DNA of 62,886 bases, counting the filler, from Chiloscyllium plagiosum (lineage: Eukaryota), in NCBI RefSeq assembly GCF_004010195.1. It is 3 parts of one record of this genome, joined end to end, with 100 filler letters (N's around TTAATTAATTAA, not from the genome) between each part and the next. Parts side by side here need not be neighbours in the genome. Positions count along the whole stretch, not along the records: positions 45,422 to 62,886 come from NC_057714.1; 2 more parts are not named here. One strand, written 5' to 3'. Below are positions 52,038 through 62,886 of the stretch, piece by piece. The notes beneath the pieces were generated by a model. That model was not told the origin of the DNA and made no database searches. It saw only the letters and a program-made list of their open reading frames with translations. The translations under genes and the position numbers were made by a program. Numbering within the stretch: the first letter of the stretch is position 1; each line of letters starts with the position of its first letter.

Positions 52038-52202
52038 GAGATGACTTGGAGGTGCCAGTGTTGGACTGGGGTGGACAAAGTTTAAAAATCACGCAACACC
52101 AGGTTATAGTCCAACAGGTTTATGTGGAAGCACTAGCTTTTGGAGAGACACACCTTCATCAGGTGGTTGAAGGCGCAGTGCTCTGAAAGCTAGTGGTTCC
52201 AG
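52038..52202 (-). mobile_element. Another PLE-derived tail family with degenerate hammerhead and partial inverted copy
   Basis: Minus strand reads CTGATGAAGG...AAAAGCTAGTGCTTCC. Plus-strand inverted copy TGAAGGCGCAGTGCTCTGAAAGCTAGTGGTTCC. Confidence 0.65.
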
Positions 52203-53082
52203 TTATAGAGATGTACTGCATGGAAACAAACCCTTCAGTCCAACTCATCCATGCCGACCAGATATCCTAATTAAACCTAGTCCCATTTGCCAACATTTGG
52301 CTCATATCCCTCTAAGCCCTTCCTTTTCTTAATACCCATCCAGATTCCTTTTAAATATTTTAATTGTACCAGCCACCACGACCACTTCCACTGGCAGCTA
52401 TTCCATAGACTACTGCCCTCTGTGGAAAATGTTGCCCCTTTTAAATGTTTCCCCTCTCACTTTAAACCTATGCTGTCTAGTTTTGGACTCCCTCACCCTA
52501 GGGAAAAGACCTTATCTATTTATCCTATCCATGCCCCACAGATTTTATAAACTTCCATAAGGTCACCCCTCCAACTCTGCTCCATGGAAAACAGGCCTAG
52601 CCTATTCAGCCTCTTCCTGTAGCTCAAACCCTCCAATCCTGGTGACATCCTTGTAAATCTTTTTTGAATTCTTTCAAGTTTCACAACATCCTTCCTATAG
52701 AAGGAAGACCAGAACTGAACGCAGTTTGCCAAAAGTGGCCTAACCAATGTCCCGTACAGCTGCAACATGACCTCCCAGCTCCTTTACTCAATGCACTGAC
52801 CAATTAAGGCAAGCATAACAAATGCCTGCTTATTACCCACTTTCAAGGAACTGTGAACTTGCACTCCAAGATCTCAGCAACACGCCCCAGGACCTTACCA
52901 TTAAGTGTATAAGAACTTCCCTGATTTCCCTTTCCAAATTGCAGCACCTCACATTTATCTAAATTAAACTTCATCTGCTACTCCTCAGCCCATAGGCCTA
53001 TTTGATCAAGATCCTGTTGTACTCTGAAGTAATCACCTTCGTTGTCCACTACACCTCCAATTTTTGGTGTCATCTGCAAAAC
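52203..53082 (-). mobile_element. CR1 ORF2 3' region with tail
   Basis: MLQLYGTLVRPLLANCVQFWSSFYRKDVVKLERIQKRFTRM. Confidence 0.88.
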
Positions 53083-53344
53083 TTTTATTAACTTAGATAA
53101 GTTACTGCTTATTGTGGCTGCCATTATAACTGGGAAGATGACAGTGTAGACAACTTTGGGTATAAGGAAGGGGGCTGGCGTTAGAAGAATCAAAGCAATA
53201 AATCTAATCAGACTAGAAAACCACTTCAATATATTGCCAAAAGAGATGTGGGAGATGAATTCTTTGCATAGCAACATTAGGGTCCCAACCTAAGAGCTAA
53301 TGTCCAGCCTCTGGAGAATTGTAGAGTTATTGACTTTCTTTCTG

Positions 53345-53556
53345 TGTATAGAATGAGCTGCCAGAGGGAGTGGTGGAGGCTGGTTCAATTACAACATTTA
53401 AAAGACATCTGAATGGGTATATGAAAAGAAGGGTTTAGAGGGATAGGGACCAAGTGCTAGCAAATGGGACTAGATTAGGTTAGGATATCTGGTCAGTAAG
53501 GACGAGTTGGACTGAAGGGTCTGTTTCCATACTGTACATCACTCTGACTCTATGAC
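53345..53556 (+). mobile_element. CR1 3' end
   Basis: NELPEGVVEAGSITTFKRHL motif and CTCTGACTCTATGAC tail. Confidence 0.8.
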
Positions 53557-54170
53557 TTTACACAAAGGCATTTGTTGACAGTGATGAATTTTGTTCTCTG
53601 TCATTTTCTGTCAAGTGGGAACTCCCATGATATGGAAAATGATCGGTGTTTTTCAGGATCACACTGAAGAGGATGTTGATTTTCTGAGCATTTGATGAAA
53701 GACTCATTTTTTCACATGCTTTGTCAGCCCCTTCTCCAATGACCCGGAGTTCAGGTTCTAAGTGAGTACGCTCAAATGACATAATTAGCACATTGGAGCT
53801 CAGTGTTTGACATTGGAATGATTTTGATTTGGATTAACGGAGTAATGTTTCCTGTCTGTTCAGCAAATGACCTCCGTGCCTGTGAGTAATATGATAGAAG
53901 TGAGGTGCAACACTGCCATGCAGAAGATGAAGAGGAGGGTTGGCATGATGACAGATTGGTTTCACTCCATTCTTCACTAAGACAGGATCTGTAGTTCTTC
54001 CATCCATGAAGAATCATTTATTACATGTTACCTTGGAATTGATGAAGGAGGGAGAAACAAATGTCTGAGGGCAAACAGATTTGGGCAGGATACTCAATAA
54101 GCCATCCCAATTGAAGGCTTTTTTGAGGACAAAAAAGGCTATGTAAAGTAATTTTGCATCTTTTCTTGGA
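53557..54170 (-). mobile_element. Decayed RTE-clade LINE fragment
   Basis: ILKNTDHFPYHGS, homologous to 41940-41990. Confidence 0.55.
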
Positions 54171-54179
54171 TTTACAGCA

Positions 54180-54912
54180 TAGTGAAGATAATTCTGGATG
54201 TAGGTTTGCTTGCTGAGCTGGAAGATTCATTTTCAGACCATACTAGATAATATCTTCAGTGACCCTCTGGATGAAGCGCTGATGATGATTCCTGCTTTCT
54301 ATTTTAATGTTTGGGTTTCTTCGATTTAGTGATGTCATTTCCTGTGGTGATATCATTTCCGGTTCTTTTTCTCAGGGGGTGGTAAATCGCGTCCAAGTCA
54401 GTGTGTTTGTTGAGAGAGTTCTGGTTGGAATGCCATGCTTCTAGGAATTCTTGTGTGTGCCTCTGTTTGACTTGTCTTAGGTTGGGTGTGTTGTCCCAGT
54501 CGAAGTGGAGTCCTTCCTCATCTGTAAGGATACTAGTGACAGAGGGTCGTGTGATTTTGTGGTTAGCTGATGTTCATGTATCCTGGTGGCTAGTTTTCTG
54601 CCTGTTTGTCCAATGTAGTATTTGTTACAGTCCTTGCATGGTATTTTGTAAATGACATTAGTTTTCTTTGTTGTCTGTATAGGGTCTTTCAAGTTCATTA
54701 GCTGCTGTCTTAGTGTGTTGGTGGGTTTATGGGCTACCATGATGCCAAGGGGTCTGAGTAGTCTGGCAGTCATTTCTGAGATGTCTTTGATTTAGGGGAG
54801 AGTGGTTAGGGTTTCTGAATGTGTTTTGTCTGCTTGTTAGGGTTTGTTGCTGAGAAATGTGCAGTCTGTGTTCATTGGGTACCCATTCTTTTTGCGTACA
54901 CTGTATAGTGAA
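54180..54912 (-). mobile_element. Penelope-like element (Poseidon-type) GIY-YIG endonuclease and 3' tail
   Basis: NVIYKIPCKDCNKYYIGQTGRKLATRIHEH and VAHKPTNTLRQQL. TAGTGAAGATAA occurs at both ends (54180-54191 and 54906-54917), a likely TSD. Confidence 0.88.
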
Positions 54913-55899
54913 GATAACGTCTACTGCCCCTCTTAGTGGCTGAAAACCACACTGTTATCTGTGAGCGGCTGTTTGGTCACTTGAGGAGCTTTGCAATGCT
55001 CTTTGCTGTGGCAGACAACAGGGAGGCTTCTTTGTAGTGACTGCAGTCAGACTTGTTTCTTTCTTGAAGGTAGTGATGGCCAGATTTCTCCAAAATCTCC
55101 TGTTATGTAATTCTCTATTGATGTATTGGATGTGGGTGTCAACAACTGGGCCAGCATTTATTGCCTGTCAGATTACTGTTTTCCATCAGATTATTGTTTT
55201 TCCATGCATTCTCACTCACCTTGGGCTTTTGGACTGTGTATGTTGGCAGGTTGCTGATGATTTTGGAACCTGGATATATGAAGCTATCTGTAATCTCAAC
55301 GTCACAATCTCAAATACAAATTGATAGTTCATAGGTCCTGGAATTTGTCATCTCCATCTGCATACAATTAATGATCTCTTTCTCTACTTAGGCCAGGTTC
55401 AGTGTATGAGTAATGCTGTATACCTAAAGACTTCCGAATGCTGAACTGGCCAGTACTGGATGTTCTTACCTCTGGTGCATAGAAGGTGAGATGATGGATC
55501 CTGACACGCATAACCAGGAATCATTTACCAACGGCAGTGATCACTGAAGACTGACTGTCTCTGTCTCTGCAATGGCCTTGGACAGCAAAAACAAACACAA
55601 AGCTCAGCTGGCTAAGAAAGCACAGATAATAGCCACCCCACTGAAGCCCACACCACCTCAGCCCACTATCTTCATGTGCAGAAAATGTGAAGGAGACTAC
55701 CATGCCAAATTGGGGCTTCTGTTTAGCATAGTTTTTGCCTTGGTGATCAACTCCATAATTTTACATGACAGCGATGTCAGGGATGGAAAAACAGTAATCT
55801 TATATTCAAACTATATAAAACACTGGGCGGTTTTGTATAATACTATCAGTTATAGTCACTACAATGCGTTTATTGCCTATCAGATTATTGTTTTCCATG

Positions 55900-56350
55900 A
55901 AGGATGTGATTATATTAGGGAGCATAGAGGAGAGCTTTACGAGGATGCTGCTAGGAATAGAAAATTTTAGCGATATGGAGTGATTAGATAGGCTGGAAAT
56001 GTATCCTTTGAAATGAACAACATTAAGGGACGAATTAATTGAGGCAGTGAATAAGGGGGACCTATTCCTTTTAGCAGCAAAATCACTCATCACAGGGCAT
56101 TGATTTTAAGTATTTGGTAGAAGGATTAGTAAAGGGGAGTGAGGAAGTGTATGGAACTGACTGTCTGAAAGGATGATAGAGGTGGACACCCTGTCACGTT
56201 TATAGAGTACTCTGATATGCACTTGAAGTGCTTTAATCTAGCAGGTTATGGACAAGGAGCTGGAGAATGGAATTAGTCTTGATAACTCCCTTTCAGCCGA
56301 ATCAGTCACACTGAGCTCAATGGATTCCTTCTGTGCCTTCCTTTTTATAT
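55900..56350 (+). mobile_element. Decayed CR1 3' fragment
   Basis: Degenerate FTRMLLGI, LDRLEMYPLK and tail. Confidence 0.55.
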
Positions 56351-56754
56351 GTTTCTCTGCATAGTAGTGAAAATTGAAAGACCAGCTGGATTTATAATAT
56401 TAAGTCCTTAGATTCAATCATTCAGACTACTCTTTCTAATATAATTTCCTTTTTGCCTCACACCATAATCCATCTAATTTAATCATTTCTACCTTCAAGC
56501 CAATCACTTCCCATTCCTTTTGTTCACAACCCTCCCTTCTCTTTGCCTGCCTTTGTACTTGCTTAAGTCCTGTTCCATCTACAGCATCTTCTAATACTCA
56601 TGGAAAAAAATGTCAAGTATTTTTCTGTCCACATTATGCCTGTCTTGCTAAATATTTCCTGCATGTTCTGTCCTTATCATGTTACAATGACTAATTATTT
56701 TTTTAAAAATCCCAGCTGTCAACAGAAAGAGCACGAGAAATACTCATATAAATA

Positions 56755-57260
56755 CATATATAAGCAATGAATTAGGAACAGGAGCATTCAATTCCTGGAG
56801 TAAGCTCTATCATTTGATAAGGCCAAGGTTTATGTAATTTGGTCTCATCTCCACCTTGTCGCCTCCCTCCCTAAATCCTTGAGTTCTTGATTGATAATTG
56901 AGCCTCAGTAATTCGGCCTTAAAAAAATACTCAATAACCCTGCCTCCAAGACTCTGAAAAAGCAAGTTCCAAGGACTCCCAGCCCTCTCTATTTTAAACT
57001 CAGTCCTAGTTCTGGTAACTGCTACAAGGTGAAACATTCTTTCAGCATTCACCATGCCAATTCCCCTCTATCTTATATGCTTCAATAAGATTCTTCTGAA
57101 CTGTAGCGAAACAGGCCCATCCTGTCCAAACTTCTTTCATCTCAGAAATCAGTTGACTGAAGTGCTTCCAATTCAATTATCTTCTTTCTTAAATAAAGAG
57201 ACCATGGCTTCACGCTGTATTCTGAATGTGGTCTTGTCAATATTTTGCACAACTGCAGCA
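56755..57260 (-). mobile_element. Decayed CR1 3' fragment
   Basis: VNAERMFHLVAVTRTR and FFKAEL. Confidence 0.55.
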
Positions 57261-57735
57261 AAATGTCATTTTATTAAAAAAAAACCTTTACTGTAGCTAA
57301 TAAGCTAAAATAAAACAAATGCCACCAAACAAAGGAAAGGCACCTTCACGTGGATCAACTTTTTGAGCCCCTTTTTCCCCACATGAAGCAATTGTATGCA
57401 GTTACAATGTTATGTGTCAAGGTTGCTGCCTGATGCTGTTGTGCTCTTCCAGCACCACTGACCCAGATCTCTGGCTAGAGCCAACATTTGCCCAGAGGGC
57501 AATTAAGAGTCAAACACATTGCTGTGGGTCTAGAGTCACTTGTAGGCCAGACACTGAGAATGGCATTAGTGAACCAGGTGGTTTTCCCTGATAATGGATT
57601 CATAGTCATCTTTAGACTCTTAACTGAATTAAAATTTCACCATCTGTCATGGTGAGATTCGAACCCAGGTCCCTTTTTCTGGGTCTCTGGATTAACATTC
57701 CAGCAACAATACAACTTGGCCATTGCCTCCCCCAT

Positions 57736-59075
57736 TTTAAATGTTGTAATTGTACTCTCCTTTACCATCATTTCTGGCAGCTTGTTCCAGATACGCATCC
57801 CCTCTGTGTGAAAAAGATGCTCTTTCCAGTCTTTCCCCTCTTACTTTAAACCTATGCCATCTAGTTTTCGATTCTCCGACCCTGTAGAAAAGACCTTGGT
57901 TGTTCACCTTATCTATGCCCCTCATAATTTTAGAAACCATGATAAGATCACCCTTCAGCCTTTTACATTCCAAAGAAAAAAGCCCCATCCTATCCAACCT
58001 GTCATAACTCAAAACTCTCCAGTCCCGGTAAAACCTCGCAAATTATTTTTGCATCCTTTCCAGTTAAATAACATTCCTTCCTGTAGCAGGGTGGCCAGAA
58101 TTGAACATAGTACTCCAAATATGGCCTTATCAATATCTTGCACAGCTGTAATATGATGTCCCAACTCTTGTATCAGTGCAGTGACTGATGAAGGCAATCG
58201 TGCCAAACGCTTTCTTCACCATCATATCTATCTGTGATGCCACTTTCAAGGAATGATGTACCTGCACCCCTAGCTCTCTCTTTTCAACAACACTCCCCGG
58301 GGCCCTACCATTAACTGTGTAAGTCCTGCCTTCATTTGACTTACCAAAATGCAACACTTCTCATTTATCTAAATTAAACTCCACCCACTGGCATACGGGT
58401 CCAGTTGATCAAAATGGTGTTGTACTCTTTTAGATAACCATCTTCACTGTCCATTATACCACCAATTTTGGTGTCATCCCCAAACTTACTAACCATGCCT
58501 CCTATAATCTCATCCAAATTGTTATTATAAATGATGAATAATAATGGATCCAGCACCAATCCTTGTGGCACACCGCTAGTCACAGGCCTCCAGTCTGAAC
58601 AAAAGTCCCCTACCAACATACTCTGTCTGCTACTGTCAAGCCAATTTTTGTATCTAGTTGACTAGCTCTGCTTGGATCCAATGTGATCTAACCGTTGTAA
58701 CCAGACTATTATGTGGAATCTTGTCAAAGGCCTTGCTAAAGTCAATGTGGAAAATATCTACCATGCTGCCTTCATCTATCATCTTGGTCATCTCTTCAAA
58801 AAACTCAATCAAGTTTGTGAGACATGATTTCCCATGCACAAAGCCATGCAGATTATCCCTAATCCGTTCTTGCCTTTCCAAATGCATGTAGCTCCTGTCT
58901 CTCAGAATCCCCTCCAACAATGTACCCACCACTGCTGTCAGGCTCTGTATTCCCTCGCTTTTCCTTGCAGCCTTTCTTAAACACTGGCAGAGTGTTAGCC
59001 ATCTTCCAGCATCTCACCTGTGGCTATCGATGATACAATTATCTCTGCTTGGGGACCTGCAATACATCCCTAATT
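57736..59075 (-). mobile_element. CR1 ORF2 RT fragment
   Basis: HGFVHGKSCLTNLIEFFEE, WRPVTSGVPQGLVLDPLLF, KFGDDTKIG and RLKGDLI. Confidence 0.9.
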
Positions 59076-59942
59076 TCCAAAATTGTTTCATTGAGTATTC
59101 TAAAATGGATTTCTACCAGATAGGCCCACCTTGGTGATTTCTGATTCCTTCAGTTACCAAAAGGCCCATTTTCCCCTTCTCTTTGATCAAAGAAGCAGCT
59201 CTTACCAGCATCATTTTTAGTTGCTCACACACAATGTCTTTTCCAGCTGTTTCTGTCTTTTTGTCTCTTTTCATGTCTCTGTATTCAAAAAGCAGCTGTC
59301 TCTTTTTTTTGTTAGGGCTTGAAAGCTCCCATTAGATTTTCAATAAATGTGATTAGAACTTCAAAGGGACTTCATTGGATGTAAAGCACTTTGGGATGTG
59401 AAAGGTGCTATATAAATGTCATTCTTTTTTTCATGCTTTATTTCTTGATTTCCTGCTAGTTGTTGTTTTCGTGCAGATTCCTATGTTAAATGGGAGACAA
59501 TAGAGCCAGATCTGCTTTTTTTGTTGCAATCAAGTATTTCTTTATTTGCCAGTGAAATAACCATAAGATTCAGAAAGTCTTTTACAGTTACACATGTCCC
59601 TGCAGTGTCTCAAATCATGCTATTTAGTATTCAGTTATCCTCACCAGTGCCTATCCTTGCACTATCATTCAAGAGAGGTGTTTCTCTTCAGAAACTAATC
59701 TTTTGAGTACTGCTGAAATTCACACACAATAAATTAGTTTGAGTTTTGCATTCATTTTGCCTCATTACTCAGGGTAACATGACCCTTCAAACCACTGGGG
59801 CACCAGTAATAATAAATGTTTTGCCTCATGCCTTTCAGCTTTTAATCAGATTTCTCAGGCAAGTATTTAGACAGTTTGCAAGATGAGCAAAGGATCTTAA
59901 AGTTTAATTTCTTGAACATTTCTTTTTTTCCTTTGGTTGTAG

Positions 59943-60132
59943 ATCACAACACTTATAAACCATAAAGAGAAACCAAAGAAATCTGAGAAAACACTACGAG
60001 CAATTCAACGGGTAGGGCAAGCAGTAAGCCTGGCTGTTGGAAGGTTTGTCACTGTTGGTGAAGCCATAGCTAATGAAAATGAAGAATTAAAAGAAGAAAT
60101 GTATTTTGCTTGCCAGGAGGCACGAAGAGCAG
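59943..60132 (+). CDS. CTNNAL1: Alpha-catulin (catenin alpha-like 1), internal coding exon, probably exon 2, 190 bp, phase 0 to 1
   Basis: Polypyrimidine tract with TTGTAG acceptor (AG 59941-59942) and CAG|GTAGGT donor. Translates ITTLINHKEKPKKSEKTLRAIQRVGQAVSLAVGRFVTVGEAIANENEELKEEMYFACQEARRA(G), matching the alpha-catulin N-terminus as I recall it. Confidence 0.93.
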
Positions 60133-62204
60133 GTAGGTTGTCTTCTAAAGCATTACAAATGATTTTGGGCTGAAAAATTAATGATGTGTGAACCTTAGTT
60201 GCCACTATTAATGTGCAAATTGATTGGTAACTTGCAGCAGGGAAGAAACATGCTGTTAGTTTCCCAAGCTGTGCACCTCCATGATATTCATGCAGTCATT
60301 TCATATTCCACACTAATTGCCAAGTTACTTTACCACAAATAGTCATATTCTGTAATTAGTAACATAAATATTCTTTTGATATTAATGACTGTGAATTAAC
60401 TTCTTTGGCCTGAAAAAGCGAGGTTCTCTTTCTGTCAGATTGGGAACCGTTGTTGGAGATTTGAAAGCTAATTATTTTCTTTTCTACATTCTTTCTCTCT
60501 CCTATTCAATCTTTGTCACCTTTTTATTTCTTTTTGTGCATCTGATTTCACATTGAGAATTCGATAAAGTGAATGCAGCGTTCTGTCTTGCTCATTCTTT
60601 GTTTTAAAAAACTGATTTGGTTAAGGAGATGCACAGTTCGTACCATTGTTCAACATGGCCCCAACTATTAAATGCAGCTGTGAGGGACTATTGCACTAAT
60701 GGGGGTGCATATTTTGGAGATATTTTAGGAAGACCTGGGGAGTTACGCCCAGCTTCCTGACCCCTTAACCAACATAACTAAACAATAAATGATCGTGGTC
60801 ATTGTCACATTGCTTTTGGTGAGAGCCTACTGTTTGCAGATTGTTGTCTTCTTTAATGGCAACAATATTTCAAACCTAATTATTTGACTATCAGGAACTC
60901 TGGGGCATCTTTTTGTCATAAAAGCTGCTGTACTTCAATGTAAGTTATTTTGGAAAGTGTCAACATAAATATCTCATTCTGTCATGTTCTGTCTGTTTTC
61001 CTGCATTCTGCCTCCTCCCCCTAACCTGCCTGATTGTTATTAATTCCTTCAGTTTCATATATTTTTCCTGGTCTGCCTTGAATCTCTTTTGTTTGGCTTT
61101 GTTGCCCCTTATATTATCACTCTTCCTTCTTCCTCTTACTCTTGGGTTTATTTTTGACCCTCTCAAATGTCCCTCTCTGAACTGGAAATATTTTTAATCA
61201 ACCTGTTCAGACATGCTATGAAGCAGGTGGGATTTGAACCTCTTGGCTAAGAGATTGGGATGCTCCACCAATAAGGAATTGAATGGTAAAGTATAGGTCA
61301 GATTACATGGTTTCACCATGTCTTATTATAGCAAGCTTCATAAACATGATGTTCTTTTGTTACTATAGTCGGAAAAGTTCAGTTGGGACAGCATTAGTCT
61401 GAAGATCTCTGATTCAGTCCTGGATTTCAGCAGAGAATGTGGGTTGTTTCCATTTCCATAGTTCATAGCTCAGTTCAGAGAGTGTTATACTGAAGATCTC
61501 GAGGTTCCCAATTTGGGGACAACACTGGGGGCGCAGTTTTAAATCCTACTTCAGTAACTAGTGGAATTTAAATTCAATTAATCAATACATCTGGAATTGA
61601 AAGCTGTAATGGCAATTGTACAACTGTCAACTCTCTGATTTAGAGCTGGTAGAGGCAGGATTATTGAATATTTTTCAGACTGTGATTGACAGATTTGTAT
61701 TAGGCAAAGGAGTTAAAGGTTATCAAGGATAGATTGAGGAATGTGAAATTCAAAGCTATGATTTTATTGAATGACAGAGCAGGCTTGAGGCTGACTTTGA
61801 ATTTGCATTGTTACTACTTAGTGAGTTATGTGAGGATTTTCTTTGTTTAATATATGATTGAACAATTGTTGAGATTTTCATCTGTTAATGATGGTTCCAC
61901 ACCTTAGCAAAAATGGTGCCAGGATTCCAGGTCCAGGATTCCTCTTGTCATTTTTGACAGATTTTGTTCTGGGGAGGTGGGGTGAAGGTGGCAGGGTATG
62001 TTTCACACATTTGGATGGTGGAGGTGGAATCCCAAACCCAAGTGGGCACTCATACTCACATTGAGTTCAAACAAACCCCATTTTTGCTGGATTAAGAGCT
62101 ATTTCCTATAGTTTCTGAATTACAGTTTTCACTGTGGTAGCCCACTGAAAACCAAGCTCTGGTATTCCCACAGTTTGCACAGAAAACATGGACCATTATG
62201 AATA

Positions 62205-62886
62205 AATAGATTCTAAGTTGCATTCTTGCAACATGTTTGAGGTGAGGGATGCCAAGGTCGTCCCTGCTGATTACACTTGCAGGAAGTGCACCCATCTCCA
62301 GCTCCTTCAAGACCGTGTTAGGGAACTGGAGCTGGAGTTGGATGAACTTAGGATTATTCGGGAGGCAGAGGGGGTCATAGGCCGGAGCTTTAGGGAAGTA
62401 GTAACTCCAAAGATTGCTGACAGATGGGTGACAGTGAGGGGGACTGGGAGGAAGCAGCCAGTGCAGCCGTTCCCCTCAAGAACAAATATACCGTTTTGGA
62501 TACTTGTTGGGGGGTCGACTTACCAGGGATAAGCAATGGGGTTCAGGCGTCTGGCACGGAGCCTGTCCCCGTTGCTCAGAAGGGAAGGGTGGAGAAGAGC
62601 AGAGCAATAGTTATTGGGGACTCGATAGTTCAGGGCACAGATAGGTGGTTCTGTGGGGGCGAGAGAGACTCACGTTTGGTATGTTGCCTCCCAAGTGCAA
62701 GGGTACGTGATGTCTCTGATCGTGTTTTCCGGGTCCTTAAGGGGGAGGGGGAGCAGCCCGAAGTTGTGGTCCACATTGGCACCAACGACATAGGTAGGAG
62801 GAAGGCTGAGGATGTTAGGCAGGCTTTCAGGAAGCTAGGTTAGAAGCTCAGAGTTAGAACAGAGTTGTTGTCTCTGGTTTGTTACC
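62205..62886 (+). mobile_element. CR1 ORF1 (zinc finger, leucine zipper, SGNH esterase), frameshifted, continues past the window
   Basis: DYTCRKCTHLQLLQDRVRELELELDELR, IVIGDSIVQG, CCLPSARVRDVSDRV and VHIGTNDIG. Confidence 0.92.

Overview
Repeat-dense vertebrate genomic DNA, most likely from a shark or other elasmobranch, judged from HE1/V-SINE copies, HER1/CR1-type LINEs and abundant Penelope-like elements (PLEs). The only confidently recognisable host coding sequence is a 190-bp internal exon of alpha-catulin (CTNNAL1, + strand, 59943-60132). Its first exon is not visible and may lie in the 500-N gap at 49830-50329. The rest is mostly transposon debris: many CR1 fragments (three with zinc-finger/leucine-zipper/SGNH-esterase ORF1), RTE-type LINEs, two PLE clades with GIY-YIG endonuclease, a Gypsy integrase remnant, a solo LTR, Harbinger remnants and a Tigger/pogo end. 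The most interesting signal is a family of short PLE-derived insertions carrying minimal hammerhead ribozyme cores (CTGANGA-stem II-GAAA-CGTC). They have 10-13 bp target-site duplications, show compensatory changes in stem II, and often form head-to-head palindromes. Also notable are a CR1 copy with twin-priming 5' inversion geometry, an orphan 34-bp inverted repeat, and two artificial N44-TTAATTAATTAA-N44 scaffolding linkers. All family assignments come from motif recognition by eye, and boundaries of decayed repeats are approximate.
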